The notes under the pieces are model-generated. The model saw only the letters and a list, made by a program, of their open reading frames with translations, was not told the DNA's origin and ran no database searches. A DNA stretch of 32,945 nt from Myxococcota bacterium. GTDB lineage: Bacteria > Myxococcota_A > SURF-8 > G963663525. The position numbers were made by a program, and so were the translations under genes. Each line of letters starts with the position of its first letter. The first letter of the stretch is position 1. Where the stretch lies: assembly GCA_963676915.2 (NCBI GenBank), contig CAXXVK010000009.1:1-32945 (forward strand), in the 5' to 3' direction. Below, one piece after another: positions 1 to 8,995 of the stretch.

Positions 1-489
1 GCTCTGGATGGCGTGGACGACTACGTGAGCATTCCCGCGAGCAGCCAGACACAAAACGATTCGTTCACCGTGGAAGCCTGGTTCAAGCCGGATACCTTGA
101 AAACTCAGATACTGCTAAGCAATTACTCCGCAACCGAGCAATACTGGCGTATTTTCATGACCGGTACGAGCGGTTTTATCGAGTTCGATTCTCTTCCCAA
201 CGAAATCGGTAATCTTCGAACCTCCACCAGCACCGTTGCCGGTCGGTGGTACCATATCGCGGCGAACTACGATGCATCGAGCAAGACGGCGCGTCTCTAT
301 CTCGACGGCAATCTGGAGGCTGAAAGCAGTGGTATCGAATCCATGGGAGGAGATGCTTCCTCCGGGGTGAATATCGGTTCCTCAAGTTATCCTTTCGCCG
401 GACAAATCGATGAAATCCGGCATCTGGAATCGTGTCCGAACCGCTTCGGAAATCGAGGCGACGCGCTTTCGTTCGTTATCGAGCCATGA
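1..489 (+). CDS. Fragment 1 of the giant surface protein: LamG/concanavalin-like domain (true frame to ~420)
   Basis: LDGVDDYV...FTVEAWFK...WYHIAA...LYLDG...FAGQIDEIR is a typical LamG (Laminin_G_3) pattern. Confidence 0.8.
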   Translation, partial: ALDGVDDYVSIPASSQTQNDSFTVEAWFKPDTLKTQILLSNYSATEQYWRIFMTGTSGFIEFDSLPNEIGNLRTSTSTVAGRWYHIAANYDASSKTARLYLDGNLEAESSGIESMGGDASSGVNIGSSSYPFAGQIDEIRHLESCPNRFGNRGDALSFVIEP

Positions 490-3400
490 AGCCAATCTCG
501 CGGCGTACTATAAATGCGACCACCTGTCGGGAACCGTACTTCAGGATTATACCCATAACGCCAACAATGGCACGTTGGTCAATGGCGGACTGTTCGAGGA
601 ATCCTACGCCATGGTTCGACCGGCTTCCGTAACCATCGAGGAAATCGGGTCCGATACTTTCACCGTTCATTGGACAGCGCCGGAAACCGGTTCCGCTCCT
701 ACGAAATATTATCTGGATGTGGACAACGACTCGGACTTCAACTCTCCTTTGTCGGGCTACGACAACAAAGACATGGGTACGGCGACAAGTCTTGTCGTAA
801 CAGGACTTGATGTGGGTAGCTTGTATCATTCCAGGGTGCGTGCATACAAGGACTCCACCACCGGTCAAAGCACCTCGACGTTGGCCGATCCGACTCGCAC
901 AAGCATATTCAATGTTACAACCGATCCATTTCAAGATCTATATTATGGAGACGCCGCCTTCGGCGATTATGATAACGATGGCGATCTGGATCTTGTTTTG
1001 TGCGGCAAGATGAAAATCAACTCGGATGAACCGCAGTTCACTTCTCTTTATCGTAACGATTCCGGCACTTATACCCAGGTAAGCTCTTCCATCATGGATC
1101 TGTGCTTCTGTACCGTCGATTGGGGAGACTACGATAACGATGGCGACCTGGATCTTCTGATGACCGGGCAAACGCAGGATACGAGTCTCGGCAGTACGAA
1201 TCATACCGTGATTTATAGGAACAACAACGGTACTTTTGAAGATATCGGTGCGGGTTTGGCTGGCGTAAGCAGGGGTTCCGCCGATTGGATCGATCTGGAT
1301 GGAGACGGTGATCTGGACGTTTCGCTTACCGGACTCTCTGACAACACGTATCTGTATTACAACAATGATGGGGTTTTCGAAGGGTTTTCCATCGATTCTC
1401 TCGATGTCGATTATTTCGAACCGATCGATTTCGACAACGACGGGGACGTGGATTTCATCATGGGAGAAACCTATTCCCCCACGTTGGTGTATCGCAACGA
1501 CGACGGGCAATACACGTCCGTGGACGTAGGTCTACCCGATGGGACAACCAAAGCCGAGATAGCCGATTTCGACGGCGATGGTGACCTGGATATTGCGTTG
1601 TTAATAGGTAGTTACACGTTTACGATCTACAGAAACGATAACGGGACATTCCAGGATATCGGAGCGGATTTACCCTTACTCTCGGGTAGCGATATGGTCT
1701 GGGGCGATGTAACGAACAACGGATACCCGGACCTCATTCTCACCGGTCTGGGCGGCGACTCCGCCTGGGATACTCAGATGGTTTACACCTGCTTGAACGA
1801 AGCCGGAAGTTTTACATGTTCGCTGGTGGACAATATCGGATATGTGGGTTCGTTGGCCCTGGGAGACATGGACAACGACAACGACCTGGACATGCTGGCA
1901 CTCTCGGTATGACCGACAACAGCGCCGACCAATTCGAAACACGGCTCTATCGAAACGTGACCGCCAACGCGAACACCGCTCCGACGCCTCCAGGCGGGCT
2001 GGCGATCTCGTCACCCATGGATCGTAGAGTTACATTTTCCTGGAATACGGCTTCCGACACCGAAACGCCCTCCAACGGATTATCCTATAATATTGTGGTG
2101 GGAACATCTACGGGCCAGGAAGATATCATCGCCTCCAACTCCGACCGTTCCACGGGATACCGGCGAATCGTTCGCCTGGGAAATACCGGTGAAAACACCT
2201 CAACTTCTTTGCACTCGCTGGAAATAGGGACCTATTACTGGTCGGTACAATCGGTGGACGCCGGGGCCAAAGGCTCGCCATTCGCTACAGAGCAGCAGTT
2301 TGTTGTCGACTCGCTTGCCGTCACGACCGCCGAGGTGAGTGACTATTTTGTGACAAGCGCTGTCTGCGGCGGAAATATAACCGATGCAGGCGATGCTTCC
2401 GTAACGGCACGAGGCGTCTGTTGGGGCACCGATCCTATGCCTGATTTTTCAGATACCTGTAGCGAAGACGGAGCAGGCGCGGGAGTTTTCACAAGTTCGC
2501 TTACTGGGTTGCAGCAAGGACTTTCGTATTATGTCCGGGCTTACGCGGTCAATTCCAATGGTACGGTTTTCGGCGAGCAGCGGGGTGGTCGCCGACTCGC
2601 TTTCCGTGACGACCGCCGAGGTGAGCGACATTACATTGGACGGAGCTGTTTGTGGTGGAGACGTAACCAATGGGGGAAATGCTTCCGTAACTGCACGGGG
2701 TGTGTGCTGGAGCACCGATCCCATGCCCGATCTTTCATCAGGTACTTGCACGGACGAAGGAAGCGGCACGGGAGGGTTCACGAGTTCCCTCACAGGTTTG
2801 CAAAGCGGATCTTTTTATTACGTTCGGGCCTATGCCGTCAACGCCAATAACACGGCTTATGGGGAGCAAAAATCATTTTTCTGTCTCATGAATCCAACGG
2901 GCAATGCCCTGCACCTCGATGGCTCAGACGACCACGTGAAAATTCCCGATCATTCCGATTTGCGAATGACTGAAAATTACACTTTAGAAGCCTGGGTGAA
3001 GCTCGACGGCTTCCGCTCCCTTGCAGGAATAATTTCCAAATATCATACAAGCGATCAACCAAGCTATAATCTTCGATTGAGCTACGATATGCCATTCAAC
3101 GGACTGAACTTCGATGGCATGACCACCGATAGCGGGATTTTGGTGTTGGGCAAGTGGTATCACATCGCGGCTGTCAATAATGCAGGTACCCGAAGTTTGT
3201 TTGTGAACGGACAGGCGCAACAGCTTACGGGAACAGCTCATGCCAACGGGGTCTACACAGACGACGTTCGTATCGGCTCCGATTTCAGTGGACAATATTT
3301 GAACGGCACGGTGGATGAAGTACGGATCTGGAATCGACCGTTGAGTGAGACGGAAATTCAAGAGCAGATGCATCGGACGCTTGAAGGCGATGAAAACGGA

Positions 3401-6400
3401 CTTGTCGCATATTACGGATTTAATTACGGATCGGGTCTGGAACTGTTCGATTTGACATCGAATGGTCACGATGGCGACCTTGTCAACATGAATGGCGACG
3501 AATGGACCGACTCCGAAATCATCATCACGGACGACATCCCCGAGGCATACCGAAACGACACGACAGCGATCTGGTGGCCCCAAATCGATGCAGGCAGCGG
3601 AACCGGCCTTGCACTGTCTGCCGTTTCTTTGGGCAGTGGCAACGGTGTAATTTTCGGCCACAATGCCTCAACCGGTTCTCAATATGACACCACACTCATG
3701 ATGAGTCGCTGGAACCGAGACTGGCGTCTTGTCTTTTTGGGAGATACCGAAATCTCCATGACGTTCGATATCAGCGACGCCCAGGCCCAGGACCCAGGTG
3801 GTTTGGGCGGGTATTTCCTGCTGTACTCCACGGACGACGTTCAGTTCTCTATCGTGGATGTTACGGTTACAGCCGAGGGAGAAGATTCCCTGACAGCGAC
3901 ATTGCCGATAGCGAAGCAGGCTGCGGGAATTTATACGATCGCCAGACAGATCGATACGGATGAGGACGGGGTGTTCGACGACGAAGACAATTGCCCGGAC
4001 GATTCCAACAAGATCGTACCGGGGATTTGTGGCTGTGGTGTGGCCGATACGGATTCGGATACCGATGGCACCGCAGACTGTAACGACAACTGTCCGAACG
4101 ATTCCAACAAGATCGTACCGGGGATTTGCGGCTGTGGCGTGACCGACACGGATTCGGATACCGATGGCACAGTAGACTGTAACGACAATTGCCCGAACGA
4201 TTCCAACAAAATCGAGCCGGGTGTTTGCGGATGTGGAGTCGTGGACGACCTGACGGACACGGACAATGACGGCACGGCGGATTGCGCCGATGATTGCCCG
4301 GATGATCCCGACAAAACCGAGTCGGGCGTTTGCGGATGTGGTGTCGCCGATACGGATTCGGATACGGACGGAACGGCGGATTGCAACGATAATTGCCCGG
4401 ACGACCCTGACAAAACCGAGCAGGGAACTTGTGGCTGTGGAGTTGTTGAAGATCTGGCGGACGCAGATAACGACGGCACGGTCAACTGTATCGACGATTG
4501 CCCGAATGATCCCGAGAAAACCGAACCCGGCGTCTGCGGTTGCGGAATCGTGGAAGACCTGACGGACACGGATAGTGACAGCACACCCGATTGTATCGAC
4601 GACTGCCCGAACGATCCCGACAAGATCGAACCCGGCGTTTGCGGCTGCGGTGTTGTGGAAGACCTGACGGATACGGATAGTGACGGCACGGCGGATTGTG
4701 CCGATGATTGCCCGGATGATCCTGACAAAACCGAATCCGGGATTTGCGGTTGTGGAATTGCCGATACGGATTCGGATACGGACGGAACGGTGGACTGTAA
4801 CGACAATTGCCCGAGCGATCCCAACAAGACCGAACCGGGCATTTGCGGTTGCGGAATCGTGGATGATTTGACGGATTCGGATACGGACGGAACGATCGAT
4901 TGTAACGATGGTTGCCCGAGTGATCCCGACAAAACGGAACCGGGTCTTTGCGGCTGCGGGCAGCCGGAAGAAAACACGGAGGATTCCGATAGCGATGGCG
5001 TTGCCGACTGTGCAGACCTGTGTTCCAACTTCGACGATTCCCAAGACAGCGACGGCGACGGAATTCCCGACGGATGCGAGCACGCCGACCATGCATTGGA
5101 GTTCGATGGTATCGATGACTATGTAAGCATTCCGGACCATGCGGATTTAAAGATGACCCAGGACTTTACCCTGGAAGTCTGGGTGAAATTCAACAATCTA
5201 AGCTATTGGGCAGGGATCATCTCCAAACATCAAACCAGCAGTCAGGGGAGCTATTATCTTCGCCTGAACTGCTCAAGTACATACTCTGGTTTGGGTTTTG
5301 AAGGACTATCTACCCCCGACGATCTGCTTGAAACGGGCAAATGGTATCACGTTGCAGCCGTCAACGACGGGGGAACACGGCATCTGTACCTGAATGGAAG
5401 TGAAGAAACGATTTTCCTCGAAACTAGCTATACAAACGCGAACGGGACGGATGATCTGCGCATCGGTTCTCATTTGGATGAATATTTCCTCGATGGTGCC
5501 GTGGATGAAGTACGAATCTGGAGTCGCCCGCTTAGCCAGTCGGAAGTTCTGGAAAACATGCACAGTGTTGTCGATCCGGCATCCACAGGACTGGAAGCCT
5601 ATTATCGTTTCAACCAGGAAAACGGAACAACAGTACCGGATTTGACCGGAAATGGCCACACCGGCATGCTCACGAATATGGTATCTTCCGGTGCTGAAAA
5701 CGACTGGGTTATCTCCTACGCCCCCAATGGCCAGAGTCCGTTTGTGTCGCCGCAGAATAGGACGGCGGTCTGGTCCACGGTAACCTCGATGGCATCCGCT
5801 GGCGGCCTTGCCGTTTCAAGCCCTGGTCTAACGCTTGAAGAAAATTTCCTGGTGTTAGACAACGATGGGGCGACTGGAATCAGTCAGAGTAATCTATCGT
5901 GGAGATATTCCTCTCGTTGGAACAGGTTGTGGTTTTTCGATGTGGTCGGGGATGTGGGGTTAGATCTGACCTTCGATTTCGATGAAGTTGGTCTTGGTAG
6001 CGAACCGGATGGGGAAGATTATTGCCTTTTGTACTCGGATTATGGTGACACATTTGAGGCTGTGGATGGCACCACTACTGCGAAGAGCTCCGGGACGGTT
6101 AGCTTTTCCCTCGATTCAACCGACGTATCGACCGGTTATTACGGAGTCGGCAAGCTCGCGGATTGCGATTGTGAGATTGCTTCCGGTTGCTATTTTGACG
6201 GCAATCTCAACCCCTCCAATTCCTGTGAAACCTGCGATTCGACCTCATCAACCGATTCATGGACTGTTGTAGAAGATGGAGAGACCTGTGATGATGGTCT
6301 GTTCTGCAACGGTGCGGATACATGCAGTGACGGAACGTGTTCTGTGCATGCAGGTTCTTCATGCGATACCCATTGCCAAAGCTGTAACGAGGAAACCGAT

Positions 6401-7762
6401 TCGTGCGACAACATAACCGGCGATTGCGGTGACGGCTTGTTCTGTATCGGTGGTGCGGGTACATGCTCGGAGGGCGTATGCGTAGCATTAAATGACCCAT
6501 GCCCCGGTGTTTGCAAGACCTGCAATGAAGAGACCGATACCTGTGACAACAACACCAACGGGTGCGATGACGGAATTTACTGTAACGGAGTTGATCAATG
6601 TTCGGATGGAGAATGTGTCCATCCAGGAAACCCCTGCGACCCACAATGTGGAGTTTGTAACGAGGAAACCGATTCCTGCGACGGATTTTCGGGCGATTGT
6701 GACAATGGAGATCCTTGTACCGATGGTTATTGTAGTTATGGGTCCTGTTTATCTGGAAACAGCGTATGTGAAAACGATGGCGTTTGTAGCCTGGATGGAG
6801 AAGGCAACGCCGTGTGTGACTGCGCCGAAGGCTATGCCGGAACGTATTGCACAGAATGCGATGATAGTGAAGGCTTGTACTTTTCTTTCTTGGATATGTG
6901 CTTGCCACGCAATCCATGTTGGAATCCGATCTGGGAGAATCAACTTTGCGCCGACGATGAACTCGAAGGGGCTTGTCCTTTGACGGGGTACTGTGACACT
7001 ACCCATCCTAGCGGGAACCAGTACGTTTGCATACCGGATATGTGTGTGTCCGACGGTACGGATTCCATATGTGCCCCTATGGAAGATCCTGACCCCTGCC
7101 CGCAAGCCACACACAACTGTTACTGCATATCCGGTAGTTGCGGTTGTTATGCCGATGCGAAAGTGGACCTCCTCTATTTACGTGCACAACGGACGATTCA
7201 TGGAATCGCGGTGGACTGGCAAACCGGCTCCGAAATCGAATGCGGAGCCTTCCGTTTGTTGCGTGCCGAATGTATTTTCGGTCTTTGTCCCGATCTTGAC
7301 GGGCATCGTGAGCTTTCCGCAACGACGGTTCCTTGCGAAAACAAGGCCGAAGGCGCGGCCTATTCCATCATAGATACAAGCGCTGAAGCGGATGTGATCT
7401 ACTCGTACTACTTGAGGGAATATGACATCGGTGGTGCGGTTTTCACCTATGGACCGATAAAAGTCTCCGTCGAGGAGTGGGTCGCGGTGGTTGAACGTCC
7501 TGACCTGGTCGTCGAGCGAGGAGACCGCGCCGAACCGCGCGTCGGATGGGATTTCTGGCTGGGCGACAATCCGACGGTTTTACTTCCCGAAAAGCCTGAT
7601 ACAACGAACCCGGATGATTCAGAAACGAACTCCAACGATATCGGTATTGCGGAAGACTCATCCACCCTGCCGAAAGGGTGTTCACAAAGTACGACTGATG
7701 GTCTGTTGTGGGTTATGCTGTTGGCTTTGATCATCTCTGTACGAAAGAAAATCAAGGTATAA
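1..7762 (+). CDS. Giant cell-surface adhesin-like protein (>2580 aa, 5'-truncated by the window), reconstructed across three 1-nt frameshifts: LamG - FN3 - FG-GAP/VCBS repeats - FN3-like x3 - LamG - TSP3 repeats - LamG - Cys-rich/EGF - Ig-like - MYXO-CTERM-like anchor
   Basis: Domain motifs run straight across the ORF junctions: DEIR|IWNR at ~421 (+1), LALS|GMTD at ~1906 (-1), GEQR|VVADSL at ~2584 (+1). Frame 1 is open from base 1. Confidence 0.85.
410..1912 (+). CDS. Fragment 2: end of LamG, FN3 domain, FG-GAP/VCBS beta-propeller repeats
   Basis: IWNRVRTASEI...AAYY; FTVHW...YYLDV...Y.SRVRAY (FN3); repeated GDYDNDGDLDL-type motifs (about 7). Confidence 0.85.
   Translation: MKSGIWNRVRTASEIEATRFRSLSSHEANLAAYYKCDHLSGTVLQDYTHNANNGTLVNGGLFEESYAMVRPASVTIEEIGSDTFTVHWTAPETGSAPTKYYLDVDNDSDFNSPLSGYDNKDMGTATSLVVTGLDVGSLYHSRVRAYKDSTTGQSTSTLADPTRTSIFNVTTDPFQDLYYGDAAFGDYDNDGDLDLVLCGKMKINSDEPQFTSLYRNDSGTYTQVSSSIMDLCFCTVDWGDYDNDGDLDLLMTGQTQDTSLGSTNHTVIYRNNNGTFEDIGAGLAGVSRGSADWIDLDGDGDLDVSLTGLSDNTYLYYNNDGVFEGFSIDSLDVDYFEPIDFDNDGDVDFIMGETYSPTLVYRNDDGQYTSVDVGLPDGTTKAEIADFDGDGDLDIALLIGSYTFTIYRNDNGTFQDIGADLPLLSGSDMVWGDVTNNGYPDLILTGLGGDSAWDTQMVYTCLNEAGSFTCSLVDNIGYVGSLALGDMDNDNDLDMLALSV
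1816..2850 (+). CDS. Fragment 3 (true coding ~1906-2583): FN3-like domains
   Basis: NTAPTPP...FSWNTASD.ETP..GLSYNI...YYWSVQSVD, and VTT..VS...GGNIT..G...VTARGVCW...YYVRAYAVN repeat. Confidence 0.75.
   Translation: MFAGGQYRICGFVGPGRHGQRQRPGHAGTLGMTDNSADQFETRLYRNVTANANTAPTPPGGLAISSPMDRRVTFSWNTASDTETPSNGLSYNIVVGTSTGQEDIIASNSDRSTGYRRIVRLGNTGENTSTSLHSLEIGTYYWSVQSVDAGAKGSPFATEQQFVVDSLAVTTAEVSDYFVTSAVCGGNITDAGDASVTARGVCWGTDPMPDFSDTCSEDGAGAGVFTSSLTGLQQGLSYYVRAYAVNSNGTVFGEQRGGRRLAFRDDRRGERHYIGRSCLWWRRNQWGKCFRNCTGCVLEHRSHARSFIRYLHGRRKRHGRVHEFPHRFAKRIFLLRSGLCRQRQ
2302..2872 (+). repeat. Tandem duplication of a ~95-aa FN3-like unit (2 copies)
   Basis: gactcgcttgccgtcacgaccgccgaggtgagtgac at ~2308 and gactcgctttccgtgacgaccgccgaggtgagcgac at ~2594; both units contain SVTARGVCW.TDPMPD and YYVRAYAVN. 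Confidence 0.85.
2531..7762 (+). CDS. Fragment 4 (true coding from ~2585): FN3-like, two LamG, TSP3 repeats, Cys-rich/EGF repeats, C-terminal GC-TM-basic sorting signal
   Basis: 1743-aa ORF; two LamG patterns; 10 CP.D..K..PG.CGCG repeats; CDDGLFCNG.D.C repeats; ends KGCSQSTTDGLLWVMLLALIISVRKKIKV. Confidence 0.9.
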   Translation: MSGLTRSIPMVRFSASSGVVADSLSVTTAEVSDITLDGAVCGGDVTNGGNASVTARGVCWSTDPMPDLSSGTCTDEGSGTGGFTSSLTGLQSGSFYYVRAYAVNANNTAYGEQKSFFCLMNPTGNALHLDGSDDHVKIPDHSDLRMTENYTLEAWVKLDGFRSLAGIISKYHTSDQPSYNLRLSYDMPFNGLNFDGMTTDSGILVLGKWYHIAAVNNAGTRSLFVNGQAQQLTGTAHANGVYTDDVRIGSDFSGQYLNGTVDEVRIWNRPLSETEIQEQMHRTLEGDENGLVAYYGFNYGSGLELFDLTSNGHDGDLVNMNGDEWTDSEIIITDDIPEAYRNDTTAIWWPQIDAGSGTGLALSAVSLGSGNGVIFGHNASTGSQYDTTLMMSRWNRDWRLVFLGDTEISMTFDISDAQAQDPGGLGGYFLLYSTDDVQFSIVDVTVTAEGEDSLTATLPIAKQAAGIYTIARQIDTDEDGVFDDEDNCPDDSNKIVPGICGCGVADTDSDTDGTADCNDNCPNDSNKIVPGICGCGVTDTDSDTDGTVDCNDNCPNDSNKIEPGVCGCGVVDDLTDTDNDGTADCADDCPDDPDKTESGVCGCGVADTDSDTDGTADCNDNCPDDPDKTEQGTCGCGVVEDLADADNDGTVNCIDDCPNDPEKTEPGVCGCGIVEDLTDTDSDSTPDCIDDCPNDPDKIEPGVCGCGVVEDLTDTDSDGTADCADDCPDDPDKTESGICGCGIADTDSDTDGTVDCNDNCPSDPNKTEPGICGCGIVDDLTDSDTDGTIDCNDGCPSDPDKTEPGLCGCGQPEENTEDSDSDGVADCADLCSNFDDSQDSDGDGIPDGCEHADHALEFDGIDDYVSIPDHADLKMTQDFTLEVWVKFNNLSYWAGIISKHQTSSQGSYYLRLNCSSTYSGLGFEGLSTPDDLLETGKWYHVAAVNDGGTRHLYLNGSEETIFLETSYTNANGTDDLRIGSHLDEYFLDGAVDEVRIWSRPLSQSEVLENMHSVVDPASTGLEAYYRFNQENGTTVPDLTGNGHTGMLTNMVSSGAENDWVISYAPNGQSPFVSPQNRTAVWSTVTSMASAGGLAVSSPGLTLEENFLVLDNDGATGISQSNLSWRYSSRWNRLWFFDVVGDVGLDLTFDFDEVGLGSEPDGEDYCLLYSDYGDTFEAVDGTTTAKSSGTVSFSLDSTDVSTGYYGVGKLADCDCEIASGCYFDGNLNPSNSCETCDSTSSTDSWTVVEDGETCDDGLFCNGADTCSDGTCSVHAGSSCDTHCQSCNEETDSCDNITGDCGDGLFCIGGAGTCSEGVCVALNDPCPGVCKTCNEETDTCDNNTNGCDDGIYCNGVDQCSDGECVHPGNPCDPQCGVCNEETDSCDGFSGDCDNGDPCTDGYCSYGSCLSGNSVCENDGVCSLDGEGNAVCDCAEGYAGTYCTECDDSEGLYFSFLDMCLPRNPCWNPIWENQLCADDELEGACPLTGYCDTTHPSGNQYVCIPDMCVSDGTDSICAPMEDPDPCPQATHNCYCISGSCGCYADAKVDLLYLRAQRTIHGIAVDWQTGSEIECGAFRLLRAECIFGLCPDLDGHRELSATTVPCENKAEGAAYSIIDTSAEADVIYSYYLREYDIGGAVFTYGPIKVSVEEWVAVVERPDLVVERGDRAEPRVGWDFWLGDNPTVLLPEKPDTTNPDDSETNSNDIGIAEDSSTLPKGCSQSTTDGLLWVMLLALIISVRKKIKV
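3953..5080 (+). repeat. Coding tandem repeats: 10 thrombospondin type-3-like Ca-binding units of 33-35 aa (99-105 bp)
   Basis: Ten CGCG-containing units such as DTDSDTDGTADCNDNCPNDSNKIVPGICGCGV; the first copies are nearly identical in DNA. Confidence 0.9.
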
Positions 7763-8191
7763 TGGCGAGGTACAGATAAAAGAAATTTCTAATTCTTTTT
7801 TGCACTCTACCATAGCCTCCCAGATTCTTGCTTGCAACGAAGCCGAACCGTTGTAGAATGATATCGACCTCGCAGATGTGGATATTTTCATTCCTACCGT
7901 GATAATGATTTGCTGGAAGAAGTTCCGCAGGAAAGTGATTCTGACGAAATTTCCTTACATTCCTTGGGATACGCCTTGGCGAAAAAAGGCCGATTGCTCT
8001 GTCCCCCTGGAAACAGTACCGTTTGATGTGTCTTCGTTCTAGAACGTTCATTTATTCGTCGAAGCATTTGAAATCCAATCAGGCTGCGATCTTGGAATGG
8101 AGTGTAACACTTTGATTCTGGAATACCCTGCAATTGCCAAACTGGATAAAAGGCTCTGCAACGCCGACATCGGATATTTCGTATACGTCGA

Positions 8192-8240
8192 GGGCTGTGA
8201 CAAACCAAAGGGATTTCCTTCGTGTGGTTTGTCACAGCCC
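8192..8240. repeat. Perfect 16-bp inverted repeat with 17-nt spacer (REP-like element or miniature IS-end remnant)
   Basis: gggctgtgacaaacca (8192-8207) / tggtttgtcacagccc (8225-8240); the spacer can also pair aagg/cctt; no U-tract on either side. Confidence 0.7.
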
Positions 8241-8444
8241 ACTCACGGTCAGACGTATTTTAAGGGTCATTCACCGGCAACAATTACGACACCAGATTTA
8301 TTGGTCGCCTGTCAAACCCAAGTTCGTTCTCGATAACCCTGTCGGTATGGCTAAGTGTTCCTTTGAAAAAGCACAATGAATTCAATAATATGAACTCTCC
8401 CATTGTCGCAATCTTGGTCAGATGGAGTTTTCGGAGAGGACGGG

Positions 8445-8909
8445 TCAATCCTCGAAACATCCCATCATGTTTGCCTGAACTTCGCCATTGCAACTGGACC
8501 ATTTGTCTTCGATGTCGCAAGAATCTGCCATGCATTCGAAGAATCCACCCATGACTTGCTGCATACATTCCATATTCATCCCTTCTGCAAACTGCTCCAT
8601 GGTGGGCTTGTACGCATCAACCCAACCCGCACAAAAAGCATCCGTGTCGGCAAAGTCGGTGTCGGTCCAATCGAACTCACAAGTAGTATCCCAGTACTGG
8701 GTGCACCCTTGACCGGCTTGAGCCATTAGACTTGCAATCGGGTCGTCGCCGCTCTCGTTTTCATCGCCGGTATCCTCATCACCGGACGAGGTGTCATTTT
8801 CATCGCCGGTGTTGCTATCGTCGTCACCGTCGTCACCGCCGCAAGCGATAAACAAGTTCAGAGACAGCAGCAACGCAGTAAAAATAAGAAATGTTTTTGT
8901 CAGCTTCAT
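8445..8909 (-). CDS. Hypothetical lipoprotein with acidic linker and 8-Cys helical domain
   Basis: RBS gaaggag; MKLTK + hydrophobic stretch + FIA|CGG lipobox; Asp/Gly-rich linker; 8 further Cys. Confidence 0.85.
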   Translation of the reverse strand: MKLTKTFLIFTALLLSLNLFIACGGDDGDDDSNTGDENDTSSGDEDTGDENESGDDPIASLMAQAGQGCTQYWDTTCEFDWTDTDFADTDAFCAGWVDAYKPTMEQFAEGMNMECMQQVMGGFFECMADSCDIEDKWSSCNGEVQANMMGCFED

Positions 8910-8995
8910 GGTTTTCTCCTTCAGTTAGTTGTACCGTTTTTTTCCGGCATAAGTGCAAATGATCGGAACCTGATCCTGATTCGGTTTTGGACTTG

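Noticed and set aside
415-2590. Programmed ribosomal frameshifting
   Set aside because: No slippery heptamers, and three successive shifts of mixed sign would be needed.
3953-5080. Periodic repeats as a possible CRISPR array (also 22001-22735)
   Set aside because: Units are in-frame multiples of 3 with synonymous variation and no unique spacers.
3668-5140. Long minus-strand ORFs (490, 365, 204 aa)
   Set aside because: Antisense shadows of the TSP3 repeat coding region; low complexity and no independent motifs.
7763-8444. Short ORFs on both strands in the intergenic gap
   Set aside because: No recognisable motifs or convincing RBS; mutually overlapping.
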